64,000 bases of DNA from Octopus vulgaris (taxonomy: Eukaryota): positions 109,926,001 through 109,990,000 of the forward strand of contig OX597818.1 of the NCBI GenBank assembly GCA_951406725.2. Reading direction: 5' to 3'. Both the position numbers and the translations under genes were made by a program. The notes under the pieces are model-generated. The model worked only from the letters and a program-made list of their open reading frames with translations, was not told the DNA's origin and did no database searches. Every line of letters begins with the position of its first letter. The stretch's first letter is position 1. This document shows, one piece after another, positions 1 through 13,164 of the stretch.

Positions 1-3000
1 CGACTGGCTCCCTAACCCCAAATTTCAGGCTTTGTGCCTGTAGTAGAAAATGGAACCCTTCCATAGGTGAAGACTAGCCCAGTTCTCACTGCCCCCCACT
101 TAGGTAAAGTGTACCCCAAGTTAAGGGATGAAATACATGTGAACCTGAGTTATCAGTTGATGTTATGAAGAGTTTCCAGCATTGCAGTGGATTTCGAAGA
201 TCTTGCAAACCCACTGAGTTCCTCCTGCAGTTTCTGTGTGGCACAAAGCATCTCTGGTGTTTATTTCATCCACTTATATGAGGGAAACTCAGGAAGACCT
301 GGACGAAGTATTGAAAGCTGATCTCGGGACACTGACCCTCATGAAGGGAAAGACAAAGAACCAAGATATCTTCTTGAGAAGGCCCATCCACCACAGCAGA
401 ATTGTTAAGGCTCCCCTCACAGTTGAAGGGGTTTTTCCCTTGCAAGGACCCCATACTGGTACCATGTAAAAATCACCTGTGCTGGTGCCACATAAAAACG
501 ACCCCATGCTAGTGCCACATAAAAAGCACCCAGCACAAACAGTGGTCGGCGTATGGAGGGACATCCAGCCATAGAAACCATGCTAAGTCAGACTGGAACC
601 TGGTCCAGCTTGCCAGCTCTGATCAAACCACCCAACCCATTCCAGCATGGAAAATGGAAGTTAAATGATGATGATGATGATGATGATGATCTCAGATTTG
701 CATAATAGGATGATTGCATTCTTTTTAGAAAGTTCTGCTGGTGAACTCATTGACCATTGAATTCTTTCCTTTATTCTTTGCTATATTTAGCAGCACGACA
801 GCATTTCATTGCTTATTTATGATGTCGAGATACAGCAGAGGAGATTTCTCATAGCAGAGAACAAGATCATTGACATACATTGATGGACTTTGATATTTGT
901 TATCTATAAATTTTTTTAAAACAATTCATTCACTGTTTAACAGTTGGACATTTATTCTCCTTGAATAAAAACAATATCTCATTCAACACAGTTTTTAATT
1001 CAGATTTCTCACTAAAACTAAACAGGACAAGAAATAACAAGATACTTGTTGCTTTAATTTAGTCGAATGTTTTTCCTAATGCTAACAATGTAGGTGTAAC
1101 CCTGAAGCAAGTAGAGTGTGGGAAACAGACATCTTTGCCTACAACACAACACTGCTAATAAAAGATTATCATGTTCCAGGGTTTCTGCTTTACACTTAGG
1201 ATGTTTCTACCCACAACTAATCCATTTGGTTGTCTTATTATTGACACGGTTCAAACTGGGAGCCTTCATTTCCAAAGCAGATTTAATTACGTTTTTATTG
1301 ATAAATTTACTGATGATATAGTTTTGATTAATGACTAAGATTTATTTAACCATAATAAGACATACAATTGTCAAAATGGAAGCTAATGAATATGTACATA
1401 ATTTAACAGTTTTTCACGTTGTTTTGCTGTCGATATTCAATGAATATATCAAAGTCTGGTAAATTATCTCATTACTGTTTCACTTCAGTTTTACAATAGG
1501 TGCACAGCAACTGTATCTCGACAGGATTATCCTGTTGATTTCCTTCTGTGATTAGTGAGAAATTGAGAGGAAATATTTAAATCTAAGAGAATGGTGGGGG
1601 GGGGGGGTCAGTGATTTAGAGGGGAGGTAGAAACAATAAAAACAGTAGAGTTAACAAATGGTTTGCTTATCAATTCCTGTCTGGATCAGTTTTGCTTTTC
1701 ATTCCTTTGGCATCAAAATAATAACTACCAAGGCCCGATCAAGTACCGATATCCATTTAATTACTTTCTAATGTAGGATCTTGTGTTATGTAAGGAAATA
1801 AAATACCATGTGATTTGTCTGCAAGCTGTTCAGCTTTCTCTTCCTCTCCCTTCCTCATCACCATTTAACATCCATCTTCCATGCTGGCATGGTTGGATGG
1901 TTTGACAGGAGCTGTCATGGCCAGGAGTCATACCGGGTTACATAGTCTGTTTTGGCATGGTTTCTAACAGCTGGATGCCCTTCCTAATGCCAACCACTTT
2001 ACAGAGTGGCACTGGGTGCTTTTTACATGGCACCATTGCCAGCTCTTTTTCATACAGCACCATCATCAGTGCTCTATACGTGACACTGTCACCAGTGCTT
2101 TTTACATGGCACCTGCTTTTTATGAAGTGAAATTCTAATTCCAAACACATCTGTTACTTTAAAGCAAAAAGTTTGAATGAACAGAACATTGATTGGTGTC
2201 GATTGCAGAAGATTAATCAAAGATTCATCATAATCTTTATGTGTCAGTGGGTTAAAATATTTTTCTTTTTCTATTAGAAATGGAATTTGTAGTTACTTAA
2301 TAAGTGTGCCAGAGAGAGTTTTGTTGTTTTTTATTTCATATAATAAACAATCCATTGTATGACTTATCATTATTGGGGAAACTAATGGAAGAATTGCCAC
2401 TGAAATTATGAAAGGGTCATGCGTTTGATATGCTTTCAATATAAGCTTAGAAAGGATTAACCCTTTTTTTGCCAATATTCTACAGACTCTTGTAATGTTT
2501 TTCAGTTGTAAATTTCTGATGTAGCTGTGTGGTAGGTTTGCTTCAGAACCAAGAGGTTCTGAGTTCAGCCCCACTTCATGACACCTTGGGCAATTGTCTT
2601 CTATAGCCTTGGGCGGAGACCAAAGTCTTGTGAATGAATCTGATAGATGGAAATTGAAAAGAGCCTGTCATGTATATATAAGTGTGTTTATGTGTGAGTG
2701 TCATTGTTTGTCCCCCACTACAGCTTGACAACCAGTGTTGGTGTGTTTATGTCCCTGTAGCTTAGTGGTTTGGCAAAAGCGACCGATAGAATAAGAATCA
2801 GACTTCAAAATTGCTAAGTATTACAGTTGATTCATTTGGCTTAAAATTCTTCAAGGTTTTTGCCCCAGCATGGCCGCAGTCTCATGACAGAGACAAGTCC
2901 TAGATAAATGATGAAACCAATGTTATAAATATTGTTTATTACCGTTTATGCAGCATGAAAGCTTTTTCCTCAATTTCTGCTGTCATAACACAACCATACA

Positions 3001-3051
3001 ACTGACATATTTTAATTTATTTCTAAAAACAAGAACAAATTTTCGTGGCTT

Positions 3052-3230
3052 CTTTTATATTTTGCTTGTTTTTATTTTTTTATTATTTTAAAATATTTTA
3101 TTATTTTTTAATTATTTTTTATCTTATTTTATTTTTTATTATTTTTATTTTATTTTTTTTATTTATTTATTATTTTTATTATTTTTTATTTTATTATTAT
3201 TTTTATTATTATATTTTTATTATTATCTAT
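3052..3230. repeat. (TTA)/T-rich low-complexity tract
   Basis: Directly visible; explains the F/Y/I/L ORF at 3045. Confidence 0.95.
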
Positions 3231-3520
3231 AGAGAAGTTTTTATCAAGTTTTTGAAAGGCCTCCTTTTAAATACAGTTAATCTCATACACTTGTACGTAA
3301 GGCGTGGCTGCTGTTTGACAGAGATATCAGCTTTATATCTTTTATCGTTTTTATCTTTTACTTCTTTCAGACATTAGACTGAGGCCAAGCTGGGGCACTG
3401 CTTTGTACAGATTTTAGTCGAATGAATCGACCCGAGCCCTTATTTATTTTTTTTAAGGCTTGTATTTATTCTGTCAGTCTCCTTTGCCAAACCACTAAGT
3501 TCCAGGGGCATAAATATACC

Positions 3521-3753
3521 TATTTCTTTACTACCCACAAGGGCCTAAACACAGAGGGAACAAACAAGGACAGACAAATGGATTAAGTCGATTACATAGA
3601 CCCCAGTGTGTAACTAGTACTTATTTAATCAACCCCGAAAGGATTAAAGGCAAAGTCGACCTCGGCGGAATTTGAACTCAGAACGTAGTGGCAGACGAAA
3701 TACCGCTAAGCATTTTGCCTGGCGTGCTAACGATTCTGCCAGCTCGCCGCCCT
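3521..3753 (-). mobile_element. SINE family B (tRNA head plus MetaSINE-like central domain) nested in a family A copy with 17-bp target-site duplication
   Basis: ggcggcgagctggcagaatcgttagcacg...gagttcaaattccgccgaggtcgactttgccttt; TSD agggg(c/t)ataaat(a/g)tacc at 3504-3520 and 3754-3770. Other copies near 6250-6455, 8712-8940, 40345-40550, 43195-43335, 49800-50280, 52215-52355, 54888-55100, 55140-55330, 61000-61450, 61750-61925. Confidence 0.88.
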
Positions 3754-4259
3754 AGGGGTATAAATGTACCAACACCCATTGCCAAGTATTGGAGGTGGAC
3801 AAACAAAGGCACACATGCATATCTGAAAGCTTTTTTCAGTTTCCACCAACCAAAGACACTTGTTCAAGGTGCCATGCAGTGGGACTGAACCTGGAACTGT
3901 GTGGTTGGGAAACAAACTTCTTACCACACAGCCACATCTGTGCCTTATATGTATATTAAATGGAGAGCAGGAGAAAAAGAGAGAGAGAGAGAGAAAGTGT
4001 GAAGCAAGGCAGATGGAATGCTGGAACCTATGAAATCAACAATTTGTGTATACATGCTTGAGGTCTGCGAGATGGACTGATGGATCCAGTCCTTATTTAA
4101 ATAGATATCTTTATCTTTTATTTCAGCCATTAGGTTATGGCCATACTGGGGCACCGCCTTGAACAATTTTTAGTCAAATCAATTGACCCCACTTCATATT
4201 TTCTTTTAATGCTTTTGCGGAACTGCTAAGTCACAGGGCTGTAAACACACGCACACACA

Positions 4260-4418
4260 GCGGTGGTGGAGGTCAAGCAGTGGTGTTGGTCAAGCAGTGG
4301 TGGTGGTCAAGCGGTGGTGGTGGTCAAGCGGTGGTGGTGGTCAAGCTGTGGTGGTGGTCAAGTGGTGGTGGTGGTCAAGCGGCAGTAGTGTGGTCAAGCA
4401 GTGGTGTTGGTCAAGCGG
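4260..4418 (+). repeat. Minisatellite of (ggt)n-caagc units inside a family A SINE
   Basis: About eight 16-19-bp units ggtggtggtggtcaagc. Confidence 0.85.
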
Positions 4419-4465
4419 GGACAAATACAGGCACAAGACACATGTACACATAACACACGCGCGCG

Positions 4466-4500
<35 letters not shown>

Positions 4501-5061
4501 TGACTTCTTTCAGTTTCTGTCTACGAAATCCACTGACAAGGCTTTGGTCAGCCTAAGGCTATAGTAGAATATGCTTGCTCAAGGTGCCACACAGTGGGAC
4601 TGAGCCTGGAACCATGCGGTTGGGAAGCAGGCTCCTTCCCACACAGCCACATCTGCATCAAAATGAAGTGAAAACAAGCAAAACTAACCGAAACATCAGT
4701 TTTAATGCTCCTTCAGTATTTTGCTTTTAGAATCCTTTTATCAAGAGAATAGAAATGGCAAGTTTGTGTCTTTTGCCCAGTCATAGTGATAGAGTGGATT
4801 CAACACGAGTTTAAAGTGCAGGTCACGGTTTCAAATACAGATCTCAGTTACAAAGCAACAAAAATATTTTGACACAAATGAAATTAAAATGTTGAAGTGA
4901 AAGTAAAGGTTTTTGTGTCTTCTTAAATGGCTTAAAAATATCTTCCATGCTGCAATTGTTTCTATATTAAAATTATATTCATATAAATGGACAAACAAAT
5001 ATATTTGTTTGATGTTGCCCATATGATTTTATGTGTTTCTTTTTTGTTTTGTTTTTTTCAG

Positions 5062-5203
5062 TGTTTGTGACAATAGGGATCTGCATCGCCCTCGAGCTTG
5101 GTCACCACCTTAACTGGTTCTTCTTTAACTGCTTTGCCATTATGTTCCTTTTCTATTCAGCACATTGGCAGTCCTATGTCTCAGGCACACTCAGGTTCGG
5201 AAT
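5062..5203 (+). CDS. CEPT1: Choline/ethanolamine phosphotransferase (CEPT1/CHPT1-like), internal coding exon, 142 bp
   Basis: ttttttcag acceptor and gtaagt donor; translates [47 protein letters not shown], matching the CEPT1/CHPT1 segment [17 protein letters not shown]. Confidence 0.95.
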
Positions 5204-6524
5204 GTAAGTAAGGTTTTTATACTTGTGGCTGTGTGTGTGCACATGCGTGCACGTGTACCGTAAGATTTCTTTTCTCTTTGTATTGCATCATCATCATCAT
5301 CATCGTTTAACGTCCGCTTTCCATGCTAGCATGGGTTGGACGATTTTGACTGATGGCTGGCAAACCAGATGGCTGCACCAGGCTCCAATCTTGATCTGGC
5401 AGAGTTTCTACAGCTGGATGCCCTTCCTAATGCCAACCACTCTGAGAGTGTAGTGGGTGCATTTTTACGTGCCACCGGCACAGGGACCAGTCAGGTGGTA
5501 CTGGCAATGACCTCGCTCAAATCTTTTTACACATGCCACCGGCACCAGTAAGGCGACTTTGGTAACGGTCACGCTCAAATGGTGCCCTTTTACGTGCCAC
5601 CGGCATCGACCCAGTTGGCTGCTCTGGCAACAATCACGCTCGGATGGTGCTCTTGGCACCCTACTAACACGGGCACAAGTGCCAGTAAGGTGACGCTGGT
5701 AACGATCACACTCGAATGGTGCCCTTTTATGTGCCATAGTGCCTCTGTCCTATGCTGACATGGGTTGAATCTAAGGACCATGTTGTGCTCCCGTGTCTGC
5801 TTTGGCATGGTTTCGATGACTGGTTGCCCTTCCTAATTCTAACCCCTCCACTGCATGTGCTGGGTAGTTATTTTGCAGGGCACCAGCACTAGTGAGGTCC
5901 TTTCTATTACTATTGTTGTGAGGCTCCTGATGCTGGGAGAGGAATAGAAGGGTCGACTGTATCAGGTACTCAGCATCTGATCTCTGGAAGGACACAGGAC
6001 TTCAAAACAGGTGACAGGTTGAGGCTTTTGACTTGTCAGGATCAGATACTTAAGAAAGATATCCAGGTGGGGCCTTGATTGGGTGGACACACCACAAACA
6101 AGAGCTTGAAAATTTCATGCAAGAGAAAAACACAAGAAAGACAAAAAAAAAAAAAAACTCAGAATGAAACAAGGCAAAAAGGTGGGAAAAAAAAAACGAA
6201 ATCAGTATTTATCTTGGCATGGTTTTAATTTGTTATATTGGTCTCAACTTTTAGCACAAGGCCAGCAAACTTGGTGGAGTAGAGAAGTTGATTGTATCAA
6301 CCCCAGTATTCAACTGGTACCGATTTTAATCAACCCTGAAAGAATGAATGGCTAAGTCAACCTCAGTGGAATTTGAAGTTAGAGTGTAAAGCTATATGGA
6401 ATGCCACCAAGCATTCTGCCTGGTGTGCTAACAGTTCTGCCAGCTCACTGCCTTAAGTTTTCATCTAACGTGTCAGTTGTTTGATAGACATGAAAGTGGC
6501 TTAAGTATGGCTTTGTATCACTTA

Positions 6525-6869
6525 AAAAGTGACCCCCTTCGGTCATGAATGACCAGGAAATTGCCCCCTAGAAAGTTACCTTCCAAGGCACAAATCCAGG
6601 CAAGGTTGTTTTATGGAATGCCTGCAGTCGCCCATGCATACCAGCCTCCACTCTCCACACCACTGATGTTATCCAAGTGAAAGGCAAAGGAGCAGATACA
6701 GCTTGGCACCAGCGTTGTCGCAACTCATTTCTACAGCTGAGTTAACAGGAGCAACGTGAAATAAAGTGTCTTGCTCAAGAACACAACATGCAGCCCGATC
6801 CGGGAATTGAACTCACAACCTCACGATCGGAAGCTCGACACTCTAACCACTGAGCCATGCACCTTCACA
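6525..6869 (-). mobile_element. tRNA-derived CORE-type SINE; related heads at 24181-24460, 46635-46945, 51695-51850
   Basis: Minus strand ggtgcatggctcagtggttagagtg...gagttcaattcccgg...gtgttcttgagcaagacactttatttcac. Confidence 0.8.
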
Positions 6870-7970
6870 TGGCTTCGTATCACAATTGCAATGATTTCTA
6901 CCTAAACTGTGTCCTCCTTCCATCCAAACCTTTCTAAACCCACCCCCTTTCCAGCTGTGGCTCTTCTCTGAGACACCACCCTAAACACTCTTTCCCCCCT
7001 GTCCTTTCTCCTCGGAAATTCTAATGCCTGGAATTAATTCCTCACCAACTTCTAGACACAAACATGGCTGTCTGCTTATGAAGTTCACTTTGCATCTACA
7101 TCGTTCTGGGTTCAATCCCTTTGAACCTCGGGCAAGTGTCTTCTACTATAGGTTCATGTTAAACAATGCCTTGTCAGTGGATTTGGTCAGTGGAAACTGT
7201 AGGGAAGCCTGTCATGTATATGTGGCTTTGTGTGTGTGTGTGTGTGTTTACATAACACCTCTTAAAATAAGTGCCAGATGTAAAAATAGGCAGTGGGCTC
7301 GATATCATCATCATCATCATCGTTTAACATCTGCTTTCCATGCTGGCATGGGTTGGACGGTTTGACTGAGAACTGGCAAGCCAGGAGGCTGCACCAGGCT
7401 CCAATCTGATTTGAAAAGGTTTCTACAGCTTGATGCCCTTCCTAACACCAACCACTCTGAGAGTGTAGTGGGTGCTTTTTACACGTCACTGGCACGGGGC
7501 CAATCAGGTGGCACGGCGCCAATCAGGTGGCACAGGGCCAATCAGGCGGCACGGGGCCAGTCAGGTGGCACTGGCATTTGTAATGCTTGTCCATGAGGGG
7601 CCCTGCCCTGTCAATGTTCTTGTCACTCATATTTCATCCTCTAATACCCAAAAAGCACTGGTGATGGTGCCACGTAGAAGGCACCCAGTATACTTTGCAA
7701 AGTGGTTGGCATTATGAAGAGCATGCTCCAGCATGGCCTTAGTGCAGCCAGGGAAATTAGTAAAAAGATGGAAGAAGTTGAACCCACTAGTTGTTCGAAC
7801 ATCAGCAGTTTAGAAGTATGAGGGCTTTCAAAGGTCTTGGGTGTGGTTCCTCTCTTGACCACCTCTTTGAAAATGTGCAAGAAGTTTAGGGAACATTCTA
7901 CCAAACATTCTATCTTTAGAATATACTATTTTTAAATCTCAACGAGTGATATTCAGCAACAGTACTTTGG

Positions 7971-8167
7971 AGTAAAGATTGTTTGCCAACATAACATGGC
8001 AGTCCTGGTTTAGGACTGAGTGGAGATAGTAGATTCCCTTGTTCGAAATTATAAGGACACGGATCATGTTGTATAGCCAGCTGGAGATGATGTCTCCTGG
8101 GGCTAAATGACAGCAACATTCATCCTAAACCAGGACTGCCATGTTATGCTGGCAAACAATCTTTATT
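7971..8167. mobile_element. Small foldback element (45-bp inverted arms)
   Basis: agtaaagattgtttgccaacataacatggcagtcctggtttagga inverted at 8123-8167; arm and spacer both homologous to 58047-58280. Confidence 0.7.
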
Positions 8168-10092
8168 CTATCTTTAATAGCAGAGTTGGATTCTGGCTGA
8201 CAAAAGTGAGAAAACCTTCCCCACAAGGGAGAGAGGGCAGCACCCACAACCTTTCAGGCTTATCCAGATTGCTGGGATTGGTGCAGTGGATTCTTCAACT
8301 TGAATTCTGAAATCTGCCATCGTCTCTCTCCCTTTAATACTCTCCTTATCTTGCTCTCCAATTCACTCTCCTTTCTTCTCTTCTAAAAGACACCTATACC
8401 TGTCCCCTTTCTACCTTAAACCTCTCAGTACTACACCTCCTCAATGCTACTTCCTCACTCCCAGCTGAGGGGGTTATTGTTTTGCAAAGTACTTGATAAC
8501 CCTGTCAGTGCTGGTGCCACATAAAAAAAAGCACCCAGTACACTCTGTAAAGTGGTTGATGTTAGGCAGAGCATCCGGCTGTAGAAACTATGCCTAAAAA
8601 ACACAACGAAACCTGGTGCAGCTCCTGGCCTTGCCAGTCCCTGTTAAACCATCCCAACCCATGCCAGCATGGAAAACGGAAGTTTAATGACAATGATGAT
8701 GATTGTGATAATAGGTGAGCTGGCAGAATCATTAGCACGTTGGGCGAAATGCTTTGCGGTATTTCGTCTGCCGCTACGTTCTGAGTTCAAATTCCGCCGA
8801 GGTCATCTTTGCCTTTCATCATTTCGGGGTCAATTAAATAAGTACCAGTTACGCACTGGGGTCGATGTTATCAACTTAATCCCTTTGCCCATCCTTGTTT
8901 GTCCCTTCTGTATTTAGCCCCTTGTGGGCAATAAAGAAATGGGTGATGATAGTTGTATAAGATGGACAATAAATGGAAAGAAACTACAGCGAAAAGAAAA
9001 TATTGGGCTGCATATGCTCTGTGAGATACAGTGTTAATTTATGTGTATATATACACCACACACACAAACCTCCCCCCTCCTCCTTTCTCATGCATCGCAC
9101 TTAAGAGACCTCGAGTAAATGTCAACAATAGTTTTCCTGAGACAGAGGACTTGGGGGTTAATCCGCAGTTATAAACACTTCCAAGGATTTGTAAACAGAT
9201 ATAAACTCCCTCCATCCTCCTTCCTCTGTGTTCAAACACTTCGATGCAACAGAAACAATGAAATACCCTACTTTACCAACGAACTATATTGAGGTCATCA
9301 AACGATCTTTTTAATAAACACTCAGTACAAAACAATCTTTTATTCTCTATTATTTATATTAGAAGGTTAACCTCAGAGTTGTGTTGTATTTTCTTAACCA
9401 ATCTCTCAACTAGAAATAGTAAAGCTCTACTAACTGCTGCTCTTTATTTTGACTAAGGATTTCATAAAAAGGTTTACTGAACTGTTTTAGTTTTCTGCTC
9501 AAGTGAACATAACTTTATCTGCTTCTCAGTGAAATCCCTCCAAAATACCTACTTTCCCCGTTAATGAACTGTATATTATTTAAATTCTTTTTAAGCAAAC
9601 AGAAGCAAAATAAAGTCTCTGCTTCAATAGATGTCAGTTGATAGATTTTAGTTGTAGTTAGGGGTATGTAATGGGTGTCAACTGTTAAGTTATGGAGACG
9701 TAAACACACCATAACCAGTTTTCAAGCTGTGGTGGTGTTGGTGGGTGGGGGACAAACAAAGACTTACACACACACACACATAGTGGGCTTCTTTCAGTTT
9801 CCATCTATCAAATCTAGGATAGACTAAAATACACTTGCCCAAGGTGCTATGCAATGAAACTGAACCCTGAACCATGTGGTCGGGTTGCAAACTTCTTACC
9901 CCACTGCCATGCCTGTGCCTTTGTCCCCTTTTAGTATTGTATGTAGAGATTGTTTGTGTGAGCTCTTTTAATGTAATTGATCTCTAGATTTAGTAATTAG
10001 TCGTATAATATATACCTCGTTATATAATTAGTCATGCAAGAACTGATCACTTGGTTGTTTGTCATTTTAATTTTATTTTTCATGTTTTCCAG

Positions 10093-10177
10093 GATAGATG
10101 TTACCGAGGGTCAATTAATTGTCATGGCTGTATATCTATTTAACGCATTTGTAGGAACAGATTTCTGGCGATTACAG
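10093..10177 (+). CDS. CEPT1: CEPT1-like coding exon, 85 bp
   Basis: ttttccag acceptor, gtttgg donor; phase joins previous exon (at+g = Met); IDVTEGQLIVMAVYLFNAFVGTDFWRLQ contains the family DVTE motif. Confidence 0.93.
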
Positions 10178-11396
10178 GTTTGGAGCATTTTTTTATTATT
10201 TATTTTTCTCATTTGTTCATTTTCTGGCACTTTTATACAATAAACAAAAGTTAATGTCCCATGATTTTCCCTCTACTTATATTCATCATTGTCATTTAAC
10301 GTCCACCTTCCATGCTGTCATGGGTGGGACTGTTTGGCAGGAGCTGGCCATGCAGAGGCCAACACCAGACTTCTGTGTCTGTCGTGGCAGGGTTTTTACT
10401 GCTGGATGCCCTTCCTAACACCGACCACTCAGCAGAGTGGATTTAGTGCTTTTTACGTGGCACAAGCACAGGCGAGGTCAGTTTTGGCAAGGTTTTTACA
10501 GCTGGATGCCCTTGCAAGCACCAACCACTTCACAATGTGGACTGGGTGCTTTTAAGTGGCACCTGCACTGACAGGGTCACCAAGTAACTTGCAAGACAAA
10601 AAAAAAAAAAATGTTTTGAGTGGGGAGGGTGCATTGGAGGAAGTTATGTATCGGCTGACAAAAGGTTATAGTAAAACAGAGAGACAGAAACTATTGTCTT
10701 GCTGTAAAGGAGGGTCATGGCTACCTGGCCAGAGAGAGCGAGAGGTCAGGAATGAAGACAGAAACAAGTGTTCTGCCACAAATGAGATGCAGGAGATGGA
10801 GAGAGAGTTGTGGGAGACAGCAGGATAGAGATGGTGGAGAAATGCTGGGCAGATTCACAAGGAACAGGGATCAGAGTATAAATGGGATGGTTGAGTAAAG
10901 GAAGAGAGTGATATAGAGGGTGGCAAGTGCCAGGGCATACCCATGAGGTTCAAACGTAATATTATTATGTATTAAAAAAGATGTAAAGATATTACATATG
11001 AAATAGATATTTCATCTGTCACTTGTTTGTCATTAGACTGTGACCATACTGGGGCACTGCAGGGAGTATTGTTAGCCGAATGGATCAGCCCCAGTACTTA
11101 TTTCCTCTTTTTAAGCCTGGTTCTTATTCTATCAGTCTCTTTTGTTGAAGTACTAAGTTACAGGGACATAAACACACCATCACCTCTCATCACCTCTCAA
11201 CAAACAAACATGCGCATGGGGAGTTTCTTTCAGTTCCCGTCTACCAAAACTAATCCCTAATCTTTTGTTTTTCCTGGGGCTACAGTAGAAGACCTTTGCG
11301 CATGGTGCCACAGATCAGACTAAACCCAATATAATTTAAAATTAAAATATCACATTTCCAAATCTCTCAGAGATGCAGTAACAGCACAATAAAGGG

Positions 11397-11520
11397 ATGA
11401 CTTGTTGCCAACTTAATGTTGCAGTCCCAGGAAAGGGAAGACTGTTATTGTTATTTAGCCCCAAGAAACACCGTTTCTTCCGTTTCCTGAGATTGCCACA
11501 TTAAGTTGGCAACAAGCCAT
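11397..11520. mobile_element. Small foldback element (44-bp inverted arms), related to 7971-8167
   Basis: 11397-11440 inverted at 11477-11520; spacer holds the reverse of the ctggggctaaa motif. Confidence 0.65.
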
Positions 11521-12031
11521 TACTTTAATTTAAAATTGTTTTGATTAAATTTTTTCACTGTTTCCTTCAGACAGAAATGTTGCTTCTCGAAATCGAATCC
11601 AACGATAGAAAATTCTTAATGTCAAAATAGTTCTTAGCACAAATCTTTGACTGGAAGGGAAAATGGGATCCCATCCTGCTTTGAAATTTAAACTATATCT
11701 TTTCTCTTGGGCAGTTTCAGAATATTTTTTTTTTTTCATACATTTTGAAATTTGTAATCTGATTCACTGTTTGCTTGATGTTTTTTTACATTTATCAATT
11801 TATCCCATACACCAAAACAGTTAAAGAATCTTTATTCTTGATATTGGCATTGGTTCTACAATGCACAGCATATTTACCAGAATAAAAAAATGACTTTGTC
11901 TGGCCACTTGAAAAAGCTATCAGTAAAACCTGTAAGATAGTATTTGTTATATGTGTTTTAATTAGCATCAAAGAAATATTATTTAAAAGCAAGTGTCAGC
12001 TGATTCCCATTTCAAAATTCTTTGATTTCAG

Positions 12032-12166
12032 GTTCCTGGTTTAGGCACAAGTTTCCAGCTAATTCCTGTTTATTTTGGAATATTTGCTGCTGTTTTACAA
12101 TGCATTCAAAATTTCTCTGTGATAATCATAAAAGGAGGTGTTGGCAAAAATCGGTCAACTGTTGCT
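12032..12166 (+). CDS. CEPT1: CEPT1-like coding exon, 135 bp
   Basis: tttcag acceptor, gtgagt donor, phase 0; VPGLGTSFQLIPVYFGIFAAVLQCIQNFSVIIIKGGVGKNRSTVA matches family GGVGKNGST(I/V)A. Confidence 0.95.
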
Positions 12167-12582
12167 GTGAGTAATAAATTTTGATTTAAAATTTTCTCTC
12201 ACTTTTATGCTTAATTCCAGTAATTAAATCATTAAATATCTGAAATGAGTTATTATAAAGATTATGGTTTTCTTCCTAATAAGAATCGTATATCTCATGT
12301 ACATTAAAATGCAATGCACTTCACACTGTGGTCATGCTAGTAGAGGGCAGCTAAAACAACAGACGGAGTGGAAGTGAGTGACGGTCAGAGATACTAAATG
12401 TAGTTGAACTGTAGTGAAAGATTTTGCTTTGCAACAGCTGGTGTTTTTTTAATCAAAATGAAACTGCAAGTTTTTATTGTAAATTGCATTTATCAATTTC
12501 AAACGCACAAACACAGATACGCATTAAATATTTAACTCCTTTCTTTTCAAAATATATTTTATGACACATCTTTAAATTATAT

Positions 12583-12616
<34 letters not shown>

Positions 12617-12617
<1 letters not shown>

Positions 12618-13120
12618 GAGGATGAGTCAAAAAATAATGCCGCCATTTTGTTTAGGACAGGTATAATTACCAACACACAAACATGTATCATACATCAAAT
12701 TGAAGCTCGTCCTCTGTGGATCACATCCCTACTTCTCAACATAGTCACCGTTTCTCTCAATAGCAATGTTCCACCTTTGAATGAGAGCATGTATCCCTGC
12801 CCTGTAAAATTCTGTTGACTGTTCTTTGCTACAAAGTCAAAGGGACAACACCTTCTTTCAAAGGCTCGTAACAGGTGATGAAACGTGGAATGGTGCCACT
12901 CTAGGTCACCACCACCGAAAAAGTTCAAGACGCAAAAGTCAGCTGGAAAAATCACGACGACTGTCTTTTGGGATGCCCAAGGTGTCATTCTGGTCGATTT
13001 CTTGCCAAAAGGAAAAACAATAAACTCATAATAAGCTTCATTTTGATGTATGATACATGTTCCTGTCTTGGTAATTATACCTGTCCGAAATAAAATGGCA
13101 TTACTTTTTGACTCACCCTC

Positions 13121-13121
<1 letters not shown>
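12617..13121 (+). mobile_element. Internally deleted mariner transposon
   Basis: TA-flanked TIRs cgagg.tgagtcaaaaa.taatgcc (inverted match extends about 85 bp); fragments FFQRLVTGDETW and SAGKITTTVFWDAQGVILVDFLPKGKTINS. Confidence 0.9.

Positions 13122-13164
<43 letters not shown>

Noticed and set aside
728-760. Peptide ESSAGELIDH* resembling the CEPT1 GELFDH motif
   Set aside because: Immediate stop, no DGKQARR upstream, no donor; the catalytic exon must lie before the window
12152-12154. Arg codon as an A-to-I recoding site restoring Gly
   Set aside because: Codon is CGG, which A-to-I editing cannot convert to Gly
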